Below, one piece after another: positions 54,239 through 64,000 of a stretch of DNA of 64,000 nt. Within the stretch, counting starts at the first letter, position 1. Each line of letters begins with the position of its first letter. The translations under genes were made by a program, and so were the position numbers. Origin of the DNA: an uncultured delta proteobacterium (GTDB taxonomy: Bacteria; Desulfobacterota; Binatia; Binatales; Binataceae); contig CAVQEQ010000004.1 in assembly GCA_963711565.1 (NCBI GenBank), positions 416,001 to 480,000 of the forward strand, given 5' to 3'. The notes below the pieces were generated by a model, which worked only from the letters and a program-made list of their open reading frames with translations, was not told the DNA's origin and ran no database searches.

Positions 54239-54736
54239 ATGGAAGTACGCGAACTGAAAACCCTGCTGGTCCTGATGCGCGATTACGGGCTGGTCGAACT
54301 CGAAATCGAGGACAAGAAGGGCAAGGTGCGCCTGGTGCGCGGCGGCGGCCGCGCGTCGGTGGACGTGACCGAGTCCGGCTCGGATGCGCATATCGCCGCG
54401 CGCGCGGCGTCGCCGATCAAAATGGCGACGAGGCACATCGAGGCGACGGCCGAGGAAGGCGCGAAGGTCGCCGGCAAGATCGAGCTGGCGCCGAATCAGA
54501 AATTGATCGAAAGCCCGATGGTGGGCACGTTTTATCGCGCGGCCTCGCCCGACGCGGCGCCGTTCGTCGAGGAAGGATCCTCGGTGCGCAAAGGCCAGCC
54601 GCTGTGCATCATCGAGGCGATGAAGATGATGAACGAGATCGAATCGCCGGCCGCGGGGCGCGTGATAAGAATCCTCGCGGACAACGGGAATCCTATAGAA
54701 TACGGTCAACCCTTGATGATCATCGAAGTGATTTAA
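54239..54736 (+). CDS. accB: Acetyl-CoA carboxylase biotin carboxyl carrier protein
   Basis: SPMVGTFY and EAMKMMNEI; an alternative start lies at 54179. Confidence 0.95.
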   Translation: MEVRELKTLLVLMRDYGLVELEIEDKKGKVRLVRGGGRASVDVTESGSDAHIAARAASPIKMATRHIEATAEEGAKVAGKIELAPNQKLIESPMVGTFYRAASPDAAPFVEEGSSVRKGQPLCIIEAMKMMNEIESPAAGRVIRILADNGNPIEYGQPLMIIEVI

Positions 54737-54755
54737 CGGGGTGGAGCGTTCGCCG

Positions 54756-56141
54756 ATGTTCAAAAAACTGCTGGTAGCAAATCGCGGGACGATCGCAATC
54801 CGGATAATCCGCGCATGCCGCGAGCTCGGGATTTCGACCGTTGCGGTTTATTCGACGGCGGACAAGAACGCGCTGCACGTGCGGATGGCGGACGAGTCGG
54901 TCTGTATCGGGCCGCCGGCTGCTGAAGACAGCTACCTCAATATCCCGGCGATTCTCAGCGCGGCGACGACCTTCGGCGCCGATGCGGTGCATCCGGGCTA
55001 CGGCTTCCTGTCCGAGAACGGCGACTTCGCGGAAGCTTGCCAGCGCTCGGGGCTGAACTTCGTCGGTCCGCGCGCGCGCCATATCCGCTTGATGGGCGAC
55101 AAGCCGCGTGCGCGCCGGATCATGAAGCGCGCGGGCGTCCCCTGTCTGCCGGGCAGCGAAGGCACGGGCGTTACCGAGTTGCGCGAGGCGCAAGCCGACG
55201 CCAAGCGGCTCGGCTACCCGGTGCTGATCAAGGCGGCCGCTGGCGGCGGCGGCAAGGGCATGCGAGTCGCGCGCGATCTTACCGAGCTGACGCGATTGTT
55301 CCCACTGGCGCAGGGTGAATCAGAGGCGTCGTTCAGCTCGAAGAAGATGTACCTCGAGAAATATCTCGAGCGCGCGCGTCACGTCGAGTTTCAGATTCTG
55401 GCCGATCTGCACCGCACCGCGATCCACCTCGGTGAGCGCGATTGCTCGATTCAGCGCCGTCATCAGAAGGTCGTCGAGGAGTCGCCGTGCCCGATTCTGA
55501 CGCCGCGGCTGCGTGAGAAGATGGGCAAAGCGGCGGTGCGCGCGGCCGAAGTCGTCGGTTACTCGAACGTCGGTACGGTGGAATTTCTGCTTGCGGGGAG
55601 CGGCGACTTTTATTTTATCGAGATGAATACCCGCATCCAGGTCGAGCACGGCGTCACCGAGATGGTCACCGGCGTTGACCTGGTGAAGGAAAGCATCCGG
55701 ATGGCGATGGGCGAGAAGCTCGCGCTGAAGCAGCGGCAGGTGACGTTCGAGGGCGCGTCGATGGAATTCCGCATCTACGCCGAGGATCCGGAGCGGGGTA
55801 TTCCGTCGCCGGGCGTCGTGACCAATCATCATACTCCCGGCGGGCTGGGCGTGCGCGTCGAGACCGCGCTGTACGACGGCTATCGAGTGCCGGTGCAATA
55901 CGATCCGCTCATCGCGAAGCTGATAGTGCACGCCGAGACGCGGCCTGAAGTGATCGCGCGGGCCAAGGCGGCGTTGCGCGAATATGTAATCGACGGCATC
56001 AAGACCAACATCCCGCTGCATCTCAAGATTCTGCACGATCCGGATTTCAACCGCGGCGAATTCGCGACTGACTTTCTAACCCGCTACGAACCGGCCCATC
56101 GCGAAACCGCGCATCACGCACCGGTCAGCAAGGCCTCTTGA
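54756..56141 (+). CDS. accC: Biotin carboxylase
   Basis: ANRG, HPGYGFLSEN, GGGGKG and EMNTRIQVEH. Confidence 0.96.
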   Translation: MFKKLLVANRGTIAIRIIRACRELGISTVAVYSTADKNALHVRMADESVCIGPPAAEDSYLNIPAILSAATTFGADAVHPGYGFLSENGDFAEACQRSGLNFVGPRARHIRLMGDKPRARRIMKRAGVPCLPGSEGTGVTELREAQADAKRLGYPVLIKAAAGGGGKGMRVARDLTELTRLFPLAQGESEASFSSKKMYLEKYLERARHVEFQILADLHRTAIHLGERDCSIQRRHQKVVEESPCPILTPRLREKMGKAAVRAAEVVGYSNVGTVEFLLAGSGDFYFIEMNTRIQVEHGVTEMVTGVDLVKESIRMAMGEKLALKQRQVTFEGASMEFRIYAEDPERGIPSPGVVTNHHTPGGLGVRVETALYDGYRVPVQYDPLIAKLIVHAETRPEVIARAKAALREYVIDGIKTNIPLHLKILHDPDFNRGEFATDFLTRYEPAHRETAHHAPVSKAS

Positions 56142-56227
56142 CCGCAACGCCCCGCGCCATGATTGATAGAGTGGCGGTTCGAGGCACGATAGCCTCGTCC
56201 GCGAGTCACATGACTAACTTGAAAAAT

Positions 56228-57268
56228 ATGAAACAAGCATTTCTTGCGTTGATAATTGTCTCGCTGGCGAGCGTGTCGGCATTTGCGCAGGACAGCAGCA
56301 TGAATCCGCTGATTCCTGGCGGCAACAGCGCGCCTCCGGGGCATGCGCCCAAGGCCGTGGCTTCGGATGCGCTGTACGATTTCGGTAGCGCGCTCGAAGG
56401 CACGATGGTCAAGCATACGTTCACCATCAAGAACGTCGGCCAGGGCTATCTTGATATTCAGGGCGTGAAAACCTCATGCGGATGCACGACGGGTGATCCC
56501 TCGAAGATGCACGTCGCGCCGGGCGACACCACCGACATCGCGGTCGCGTTCGACACGCATTTTCAGAAGGGGCACCAGGTCCGCACGATTACGGTGGCGA
56601 CCAACGATCCCAACAATCCGCAGGTCGCGATGACGATGCAGGGGATCGTCAAGCGCCAGGTCGAAGCCGTGCCGGGCGAGGTCGCGTTTGGCGACCTGAA
56701 ACGCGGGACCGAAGAAACGAAGGAACTGCTGGTCAACGATCTGAATCCGGCGCGCGGGACGTTCTCGGTCGGCCCGGTGAGCAACTCGAACTCGTCGATC
56801 AAGGTCGAGCAGTTGAAGCGTCCCGACGGCAAGCCTGGCGCGCTGATCAGGGTCTCGCTGCTCAAGACGATGCCGGTGGGGCCGTTCGACGATTCGATTA
56901 AAATCACGACCAATCGCGTGCCGCTGCAGGTTGACGTGTTCGGAACGGTGACGGGCGATTTGAATATAGACCCGGCGCAGGTTTCGTTCGGGATCGTGCC
57001 GCACGGCCAGGACATCGTGAGAATTTTCAAGGTGAGCAACCAGGGGCCGCATCCGATTAAGGTGCTCGACGTTGCGAGCAGCACTCCCGCCGTCGGCGCG
57101 GTCGCGGAGCCGGTCACGCCGGGCAAGGAATACAAGGTAACGGTCACGCTGCGGCATAGCACGCCGGAGGGGCAACTGCGCGGGAATCTGACGATAAAGA
57201 CCGACGATCCGGATCAGGCGACGCTAAACGTGCCGTTCTATGCGATCGTGGGGCACTTCAAGACGTAG
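56228..57268 (+). CDS. Secreted DUF1573 / tandem Ig-like domain protein
   Basis: Signal peptide, VKTSCGCT motif and about three beta-sandwich repeats. Confidence 0.8.
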   Translation: MKQAFLALIIVSLASVSAFAQDSSMNPLIPGGNSAPPGHAPKAVASDALYDFGSALEGTMVKHTFTIKNVGQGYLDIQGVKTSCGCTTGDPSKMHVAPGDTTDIAVAFDTHFQKGHQVRTITVATNDPNNPQVAMTMQGIVKRQVEAVPGEVAFGDLKRGTEETKELLVNDLNPARGTFSVGPVSNSNSSIKVEQLKRPDGKPGALIRVSLLKTMPVGPFDDSIKITTNRVPLQVDVFGTVTGDLNIDPAQVSFGIVPHGQDIVRIFKVSNQGPHPIKVLDVASSTPAVGAVAEPVTPGKEYKVTVTLRHSTPEGQLRGNLTIKTDDPDQATLNVPFYAIVGHFKT

Positions 57269-57303
57269 CCGAGGTGCGGATTTCGCGAGAGTGAAAAACT
57301 GAA

Positions 57304-58206
57304 ATGGCGCGGCGCAAGAAATCGGGAATCATTTCCTGGTTGCTGGACCGGATGAGCGATTGGGCTGTCGGCATGCTCACCAAGCCGCTCAAGCGCTACG
57401 CGCTCCATATCCCCAACGACATCGCCGCGCTCAAGCGCCACGTCCGCAAGGGCGACGTGATTCTGGTCGAAGGCAACGAGCGCATCAGTGAATGTATCAA
57501 GTACCTGACGCAGAGCTCGTGGTCGCATTCGATGCTATACGTCGGCGACGAGCCGATTCGGCGCAATCCCGAGATGAAGGCGCCGCTGGTCGCGCAATTC
57601 GGCGAAGAGGCGAACTTCCTGGTGGTCGAGGCGATCGTCGAGGCGGGCGTGGTGCTGTCGCCGCTCAGCAAGTATCGCGATTTCAACATCCGCGTATGCC
57701 GCCCGTTCAACCTGTCGGCGGCCGATTTGGCCGACGTGATGGACGAGGCGATTCGCAGCGTCGGCGACACCTACGATTTGCGCAACGTGATCGATCTCGC
57801 GCGCTACTTCCTGCCGGTGAGCCTGGTGCCGGCGCGCTTTCGCCGCCAGGCGCTGCAATTCGGCAGCGGCGAGCCGACCCGCGTCATCTGTTCTAGCGTG
57901 ATCGCGTCGTCGTTTCATCGCGTGAAGTTCCCGATCGTGCCGAACTATGAGCAGTTGCCGCCCGCCACGCTGCCGCCCGAGCCACCCAGGCGCAAGCTAT
58001 GGCCGATCGGCACACGGACGACCGGCGCGCTGCAATACGGGGCGCTCAGGCTGGTCTCGCCGACGCTGGTCACGCCGCGCGATTTCGACTTGTCGCCCTA
58101 TTTCGAGATAATCAAATTCAATATTATCGAGAACATGCGTTTCGACTATCACAAGATTTTGTGGGCCGACGACGCACCGTCCGCGCCTGTCAAGAAGGGC
58201 GCCTGA
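57304..58206 (+). CDS. Permuted papain-like NlpC/P60 (YiiX/YebB-like) protein
   Basis: GDVILVEG...SWSH...ICS, with His before Cys (permuted order). Confidence 0.78.
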   Translation: MARRKKSGIISWLLDRMSDWAVGMLTKPLKRYALHIPNDIAALKRHVRKGDVILVEGNERISECIKYLTQSSWSHSMLYVGDEPIRRNPEMKAPLVAQFGEEANFLVVEAIVEAGVVLSPLSKYRDFNIRVCRPFNLSAADLADVMDEAIRSVGDTYDLRNVIDLARYFLPVSLVPARFRRQALQFGSGEPTRVICSSVIASSFHRVKFPIVPNYEQLPPATLPPEPPRRKLWPIGTRTTGALQYGALRLVSPTLVTPRDFDLSPYFEIIKFNIIENMRFDYHKILWADDAPSAPVKKGA

Positions 58207-58238
58207 GCGCGGCAACATCGGGATTAGGGGAGCTTCCA

Positions 58239-58526
58239 TTGAACAACGAAAACGAAAAAGAGCACGCAGGCGGGCGGCGCGAGCTTCTCGAAAAGACCAT
58301 CGCGAAAATCCTGCATCGCCATTGCAACTTCGGATGGGCCAACTACTATATCCCGAGCGAAAAGTTCCCGAGCCTGATCGAAGAGCTGGTCGAAGTGATG
58401 AGCCCCGGTGGCCAGGCCGGCCACGACGAATTGGTGCAGTTCTTCCTGGGCGTGCAGCGCCTCCCGTCGATTCAGGAGCGAGTCGCAAAACTCGAGCAGG
58501 AATTTTCGGTATACAAGCGCGGCTGA
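58239..58526 (+). CDS. Small hypothetical protein
   Basis: TTG start after a GGGGAG RBS; typical codon usage. Confidence 0.55.
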   Translation: MNNENEKEHAGGRRELLEKTIAKILHRHCNFGWANYYIPSEKFPSLIEELVEVMSPGGQAGHDELVQFFLGVQRLPSIQERVAKLEQEFSVYKRG

Positions 58527-58563
58527 GAGAGACCGTTCTTCAATTGTGCCGTCTTAAGATTTA

Positions 58564-58818
58564 ACCTCTCCTTGTCCGAGGAGAGGTCGGCGAAAGCCGC
58601 GCAAAGCGCGGTGTCGCCGGGTGAGGTGCAACGCCTGACACCTCACCTACCTCAACTCGTTTAATTGAGATTGCCGGACACCGAGTCCGCGGCCAGGCAT
58701 CAGCACCACTTTCTAACACTCTGCAAAAGGCAACCGGGTGTCGCGGCGACGGCGAGCGTTGCACCTCACCCGTCGCTCACCTTTGGCTCGCGCGACCTCT
58801 CCTCGGACAAGGAGAGGT
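58564..58818. repeat. Family C MITE/REPIN-like element of 255 bp
   Basis: Perfect 26-bp terminal inverted repeat (ACCTCTCCTTGTCCGAGGAGAGGTCG) and perfect 17-bp inner inverted repeat (58618-58634 / 58756-58772). Confidence 0.82.
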
Positions 58819-58846
58819 GGGATCCGCAGACATCATTTCGAAGCGA

Positions 58847-61618
58847 TCAGTGCAGCTCTGCTTTCAGCGCCGTGAGCTCCGCAGCCTCCGCAGCGGCCTC
58901 CTCAACCAGATTCCCCGGGAAGCGATTGTTTAGCGGGCTCATACTTGAGCCTAACTGCACGACGCGATGCGCCATTCTTGCGACCGCGCCGAATGGGGCC
59001 GGCACCAGCTCGGCGGCGTCGCGGAATTCGGCCAGGCTCGCGTCGTCCCATCCCAACAGACCGCTAATGAACATGTAGATAGGCAGCGATCCGATCAGGC
59101 TTAGCAGCACCACCAGCCATCCGCTGCCCGCATGGCCCGGTCCACCCCATACCGCGAGCGCGAAGCTGCGCAGGATCACGTAGTTGCCCACCGCCGCGAG
59201 CGCGGGATTGACCAGTGTCTGCCAGATGCTCAGCGACGGCCACGCGACGAGATAACCCATCAGCGGCCACGCGACGATCGAGCGCAAGATCGACGAGATG
59301 ATAAAGGCGTAGAAGACGCCCTCGAAGCCGTACCGTTGCAGAAAGTACCAGGTGAGGATGACGCGGCTGACGTGCTCGAGCAGCGCGGTCCAGGTGAACG
59401 TCCCGGTGCGGCCGACGCCCTGGAAAACCTGGTCGGGCAGGCGCGTGGTGAAATCGGCCAGCCGCCATAGATGCATCAGCCACATGACGGTCGCGGCACG
59501 CACAAACTGCGGCGGCAGCAGGCCCTTGATGAAAACGTCGGAGAACGCGATGAACGTTCCGCCCAGCATCGACGACACCATGATTCCCCAGCGCAGGCCC
59601 TGGTCGAGGTAGCGCCGCGTCAGCGCCATCTTGGCCTGCGAGTAGCTCTCCGATATCGACGGCATCAGCGTGGTGAAAATGTACGCGCCGGTTTCGAGAT
59701 AACCGAATGAGAACGCGAAGGTGAGCAGGAAAATTTCGTTGAGCTCGAGAAAGTCGGGCAGCAGAACCGCCATCAACACCGGCACCAATCCCCAACTGAT
59801 CGCGATGGCAAGTTGTCCGCCGGTGAGCTTCGCGCCGTAGATGATCGATTTCTTGACGGTCGCGCGATCGAAATGAGCTAGGAAAATTGTGACCAGATTG
59901 AAGCCCATCTTCTCGTAGAAGATCGAACAGAACAGGCCCATCAGCAGGTTGGCGATCACGCCGCCGATCGCGAATCCGAATACGACGCCCATCCCCTCGC
60001 CGAACACCGGATGCATCAGGCCCCAGTGGCGCATGTACACGCCACAGATCATCTGCACGACGGGATTCAGCACGTAGGTCAGGACGATCAGCAGTTGCGC
60101 GTAATCGAAGCGCTGCAGCGCGCGGAACAGCGAGAAAAAAATCGAGATGAAGCCGGGGAACTGGATCATCGTGTGCAACACGACGAACCACGCCAGGTAC
60201 GCGACCGGCGTATGCGGCAGCCATGCGGCGGCGGCCAATCCCAGCGCCGTGATTTGAAACATCCCGGCGATCGCGTGGAACCAGATGAAGAACTGCGCGA
60301 AGGTGATCGCGCGAGCCGGGTCGGTCAGGCGATACTCGGCAAAATATTTCACCATCGCCTGGCTGGTGCCGAGGTCGAGCAGCGTGAAAAAAATCAGCAT
60401 GAACTGCGTGACGGCGGCCCACGCGCCGCGCGCTTCGAGAAACGGATTGACGAAGTTGCGCTCGATGTAAAACGTCACGGCGAAGTTCAGCGGGATCATG
60501 ATGATCAGCGACAGCAGGTAGTTGTAGAAGAAGCCGCTGAGCGGGCGATGGAAGCCGACGATTTCCCATCGCGGATCGCCGCGCGCGGTGTCGCTTCCGC
60601 TCGTTGCGGGCGCCGCTGGAGCGGCGGCGGCCGCGCCCAGCGAAGCGGGCTGCGGTTTCGCCGCCATGGTCGAGCGGTAAAAGTGTTCGAGCAACTCGGG
60701 ATGCCGCAAGCTGTAGCGGCGGACGATCACGTAGGCGACGACGAACATCGCGAACATCGCGAGAAAGATCGCGGCGAGGATCCTGATCTGCGTGCGATCG
60801 GGAACCGGCGACGCGATCCAGTCGCCATACGCGACGACCGGGACGCCCGCTGCCGTGCGCGACATCGCGTACAGCAGCCAATTGAAATACGGCCAGCGCT
60901 GAAAATCGTAATTCTCCGCGCCCTCGATGCCCTCGAGCATCGTCAGCATGCTCGCGATGCGTGCGCGCTGGTCGCCGTTGCGCAACCATTCGTTGAGCAC
61001 GTAAATGGTGCCCTTGCCGGAATGCATGCGGATCAGGATGGGAGTCGCCGGCGCGACCGGGTCGCGTGCATTAGTCTTGACCAGCACCTCGGCGCCGTTC
61101 ACGTCGAGAAGCGAGCGCTCATGCACGCGCACCGCCGACAGCCAGCTGATGTTGCGCGCGAGCGGGTCGGCTTTCGGCCCGACCCAGTTGACGACTGCCG
61201 CGATATGCTCGAGACCCTGGCCGTGAGCAGCGCCGCGCGCAACATCGACGATGCCGGTCTGCTTGATCGCGCCGTTGGTGAACGACGCGAGCGCGGCGGG
61301 GTCGGTATGGCGTCCGAGAATCAGCACGACGCCCATTCCCGACGCGACCCGCGACTTGAGCGTTTCGAGCTCAGGGCCGGGCGGAGGCAGATTGTCCTGG
61401 TAGATCGCAGTCGCGGCGTCGTCGAGAGTCGTGACGCGATGCGTACTCGGATCGAGCAGCAAGCGCGTGAGGACAAGGTCCTCGCTGCCGGAATAGTAGA
61501 TGTTGAATTGCGACTCGGCAGCGTGCGCGACGGCCGGAAGCAGAAGCGCGATCAAAAGCGCGGCAACAGTACGCGCGAGACGTTTGACGGATACTGATTC
61601 CGCGAACCGATACCGCAA
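58847..61618 (-). CDS. Large membrane protein: extracytoplasmic N-terminal domain fused to a MOP/flippase-like domain
   Basis: Signal peptide, soluble domain of about 250 aa, one TM helix, an Ala/Pro linker, then 12 or more TM helices with DLGTSQAMVKYFAEY (flippase-like). Confidence 0.65.
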   Translation of the reverse strand: MRYRFAESVSVKRLARTVAALLIALLLPAVAHAAESQFNIYYSGSEDLVLTRLLLDPSTHRVTTLDDAATAIYQDNLPPPGPELETLKSRVASGMGVVLILGRHTDPAALASFTNGAIKQTGIVDVARGAAHGQGLEHIAAVVNWVGPKADPLARNISWLSAVRVHERSLLDVNGAEVLVKTNARDPVAPATPILIRMHSGKGTIYVLNEWLRNGDQRARIASMLTMLEGIEGAENYDFQRWPYFNWLLYAMSRTAAGVPVVAYGDWIASPVPDRTQIRILAAIFLAMFAMFVVAYVIVRRYSLRHPELLEHFYRSTMAAKPQPASLGAAAAAPAAPATSGSDTARGDPRWEIVGFHRPLSGFFYNYLLSLIIMIPLNFAVTFYIERNFVNPFLEARGAWAAVTQFMLIFFTLLDLGTSQAMVKYFAEYRLTDPARAITFAQFFIWFHAIAGMFQITALGLAAAAWLPHTPVAYLAWFVVLHTMIQFPGFISIFFSLFRALQRFDYAQLLIVLTYVLNPVVQMICGVYMRHWGLMHPVFGEGMGVVFGFAIGGVIANLLMGLFCSIFYEKMGFNLVTIFLAHFDRATVKKSIIYGAKLTGGQLAIAISWGLVPVLMAVLLPDFLELNEIFLLTFAFSFGYLETGAYIFTTLMPSISESYSQAKMALTRRYLDQGLRWGIMVSSMLGGTFIAFSDVFIKGLLPPQFVRAATVMWLMHLWRLADFTTRLPDQVFQGVGRTGTFTWTALLEHVSRVILTWYFLQRYGFEGVFYAFIISSILRSIVAWPLMGYLVAWPSLSIWQTLVNPALAAVGNYVILRSFALAVWGGPGHAGSGWLVVLLSLIGSLPIYMFISGLLGWDDASLAEFRDAAELVPAPFGAVARMAHRVVQLGSSMSPLNNRFPGNLVEEAAAEAAELTALKAELH

Positions 61619-61713
61619 ATGGCTTCCCCGAATCGAACTGGATTCAACGGCCGGTTGATACTACAAGTTTTTGTGGCTGCTTGACACACGAAATTTCAGA
61701 CGGAGGTTCTCCC

Positions 61714-62226
61714 ATGGACGCTCTTGAAGCGATTCTCTCACGCAAGGTGCAGCGGGTGTTCGCGGACCAACCGGTCGAGCGCGAAAAACTCGCGAAGATC
61801 GTCGATGCCGGACGCCATGCGATGAGCGCGCGCAACCTGCAGCCGTGGCAATTCGTCGTGATTCAAAATCGCGAGCGGCTCAAGGAGATTGGCGCGCTGT
61901 GCTCGACCGGCAAGTTCGTAACGGACGCGCCGTCGGCGATCGTTGTGCTCAAGGACGCCGCCAACGCGCGATGGGCCGACGTGGATTGCGGGCAGGCGGT
62001 GCAGAACATGGCGAACGCGGGCTGGGCGCTCGGGCTCGGCACCTGCTGGGTCGGCAATTTTGACAACGCGAAAATCGGCGCGATGCTCGGCGTCAAGGAT
62101 GGATGGGCAATCTTCACGATTCTGCCGTTCGGCTACGCCGACCCGAAAAATCCGCCGCAGTCCAAGCCGCTAAAGCCGCGCGGCGAGATGGTGCATTATG
62201 AGCGCGTGGGAAATCCCAAGCCGTAG
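61714..62226 (+). CDS. Nitroreductase family protein
   Basis: SARNLQPWQFVVI and LGLGTCWVG. Confidence 0.9.
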   Translation: MDALEAILSRKVQRVFADQPVEREKLAKIVDAGRHAMSARNLQPWQFVVIQNRERLKEIGALCSTGKFVTDAPSAIVVLKDAANARWADVDCGQAVQNMANAGWALGLGTCWVGNFDNAKIGAMLGVKDGWAIFTILPFGYADPKNPPQSKPLKPRGEMVHYERVGNPKP

Positions 62227-62270
62227 AGATCTGATAGAGTCTGGACACTGACAAAAAGGAAGTTTTTGCG

Positions 62271-62711
62271 ATGGCGATAAAACAGCAGGTTCCACCCGAA
62301 GCGTACGAAACGCTGAAGAATAATCCGGACGCGCTCTACCTCGACGTTCGCACCGAAGGCGAGTTTGCGGCGGGCCATCCAGCCAACGCAATCAATATCC
62401 CCGTGATGGTTGCGAAGGGTGCGGGCCAGATGCAGTTGAATCTCGATTTTGTCGAAGTCGCCGAGAAGGTAATTCCCAAAGGCAGGAAGCTCGTCGTCGG
62501 ATGCATGGCGGGCGGACGGTCGCAGCGCGCGTGCGAGATGCTCGAAGAGGCGGGGTTCACCGACCTGACGAATGTGGTCGGCGGTTTTGGCGGCCAGCGC
62601 GATCAGTCAGGCAAGATCGTCGTCGCGGGATGGAAGGAAGGGGGACTGCCGGTGACCACCGACCTCGGCGACGCGGCATACGCGGCGCAGCGCGCGAAGG
62701 CGGGCGTTTGA
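62271..62711 (+). CDS. Rhodanese-like sulfurtransferase
   Basis: LDVRTEGEFAAGHP and CMAGGRS active loop. Confidence 0.9.
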   Translation: MAIKQQVPPEAYETLKNNPDALYLDVRTEGEFAAGHPANAINIPVMVAKGAGQMQLNLDFVEVAEKVIPKGRKLVVGCMAGGRSQRACEMLEEAGFTDLTNVVGGFGGQRDQSGKIVVAGWKEGGLPVTTDLGDAAYAAQRAKAGV

Positions 62712-63367
62712 TGGCGATACGTCTGAGCAGGATTTACACGCGCACCGGCGACAAGGGACAGACCGCGCTGGTCGGCGGCAAGCGCGTTCCCAAGGAGAGC
62801 GCGCGGCTGGAGGCTTACGGGACGACCGACGAGCTGAATTCGATCATCGGGATCGTGCGCACCTACCTGCCGCAATATCGCGACGGCTTCGGCAGTGACT
62901 TCGACGCCTATTCGGAGAGCCTGCGGCGCATACAGAACGAATTGTTTGACGTTGGTAGCGAACTCGCGACGCCGCCCGACGGCGAGTATCCGCAGATGCA
63001 TAAGATGGGCGCCGGCGAGATCAAGAAGCTCGAAGAAGAAATGGACGCGATGGAAAAGGAGCTCGAGCCGCTGAAATCCTTCACGCTGCCGGGCGGCGGC
63101 GTGCTCAACGCGTTCCTGCATCAGGCGCGCACGGTCTGCCGTCGGGCGGAGCGCGTGTGCTGGCGCCTCAAGCGCGAAGAGGACATCAACGACAATCTCA
63201 TCATCTATGTGAACCGCCTCAGCGACCATCTGTTCGTGCAGTCGCGATGGGTCGCGAAGCGGCTTAACGAGCCCGAATTTCTGTGGGACCGCGCGCTGCG
63301 GATCGAAGAAGATAAGAAGGCCGCGCGCGTGGTGAATAGCAAGTCGAGTCGCGGATCGAAATCCTGA
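62711..63367 (+). CDS. PduO-type cob(I)alamin adenosyltransferase
   Basis: IYTRTGDKGQT, RTVCRRAER and NRLSD. Confidence 0.92.
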   Translation: MAIRLSRIYTRTGDKGQTALVGGKRVPKESARLEAYGTTDELNSIIGIVRTYLPQYRDGFGSDFDAYSESLRRIQNELFDVGSELATPPDGEYPQMHKMGAGEIKKLEEEMDAMEKELEPLKSFTLPGGGVLNAFLHQARTVCRRAERVCWRLKREEDINDNLIIYVNRLSDHLFVQSRWVAKRLNEPEFLWDRALRIEEDKKAARVVNSKSSRGSKS

Positions 63368-63382
63368 GCGGAGAACCTGGCG

Positions 63383-64000
63383 ATGGCTGATACCTCTAAA
63401 ATTTATCTTCGACAGGCGCAGCTCGGGCCGATGGCGAATTTCGTGTACCTGGTCGGCGATCCGGCGACCCGCAAGCTCGCGGTCGTCGATCCGGCGTGGG
63501 ACGTCGAGGCGATTCGCAAATTCGCGGAGGCTGAGGGCTACCAGATCGACAAGATTCTGATCACGCACTATCACCCCGATCATCTCGGCGGGCGCATGAT
63601 GGGCCAGAATATCGAGGGCGCCGCCAAGATGCTCGAAAACGTCAAGGCCAAGGTCTATGTGAACAAGCATGAGGCCGAGGGCGTCAAGCAGGTCGCGGGC
63701 TTGTCGGATTCCGACATGGTCAAGGTCGATGCGGGCGACACGGTCAAGGTCGGCGATCTCGAGGTGAAATTCCTGCACACTCCGGGGCATACGCCGGGCT
63801 CGCAATGCTTCCTGGTCGAGGGCAATTTGATTTCCGGCGACACGCTGTTCGTGAATTCGTGCGGGCGCGTTGACCTGCCCGGCTCGGATCCCGAGGCGAT
63901 GTATCACAGCCTGAACGACACGCTGCGCAGTCTCGACGACGCGACGGTGGTGTACCCGGGGCATGCGTACTCGTCGGAATCGAGCACGACGATCGGCGAC
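63383..64000 (+). CDS. Metallo-beta-lactamase-fold hydrolase (glyoxalase II / persulfide dioxygenase-like), runs off the window
   Basis: Translated by hand from the ATG at 63383: THYHPDH, HTPGHTPGS, SGDTLF and CGRVDL. Confidence 0.88.
   Translation, partial: MADTSKIYLRQAQLGPMANFVYLVGDPATRKLAVVDPAWDVEAIRKFAEAEGYQIDKILITHYHPDHLGGRMMGQNIEGAAKMLENVKAKVYVNKHEAEGVKQVAGLSDSDMVKVDAGDTVKVGDLEVKFLHTPGHTPGSQCFLVEGNLISGDTLFVNSCGRVDLPGSDPEAMYHSLNDTLRSLDDATVVYPGHAYSSESSTTIGD

Noticed and set aside
3266-63964. Many long antisense or alternate-frame ORFs (for example 3266-4327, 7851-9005, 14505-15953, 24163-25461, 29328-30884, 46844-48331, 59064-60989, 60011-61597, 62603-63964)
   Set aside because: They are shadow ORFs expected at high GC. 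They overlap well-supported genes, are Arg/Ala/Pro-rich and have no recognisable motifs.

Overview
A GC-rich bacterial chromosomal segment. Gene content and style suggest a deltaproteobacteria-like lineage such as Candidatus Binatia, which is inference only. Core genes include clpP, tig, hppA, malQ, an 11-gene complex I operon lacking nuoEFG (nuoABCDHIJKLMN), purU, rsmI, aroQ-accB-accC and a PduO-type adenosyltransferase. Many accessory genes are interspersed: three type II toxin-antitoxin modules, SRPBCC/ArsR modules, a haloalkane dehalogenase, a probable hopanoid C-3 methylase (hpnR), and several low-GC orphan genes. No rRNA, tRNA, CRISPR-cas, transposase or integrase was recognised. The most striking non-coding structure is a set of at least four dispersed palindromic repeat families. 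One family forms near-perfect terminal inverted repeats, containing telomere-like TTAGGGG units, around a lone DUF559 endonuclease gene (25747-26232) and has solo copies elsewhere, suggesting a nuclease-driven REP/MITE-like system. The clpP-tig-hppA region (0.8-6.7 kb) is a layered insertion hotspot with duplicated flanks and a miniature internally deleted copy of a neighbouring gene. Two parS-like palindromes lie at about 12.9 kb. Two genes carry single-base frameshifts that may be assembly errors. All product calls come from motif recognition by eye, not database searches.
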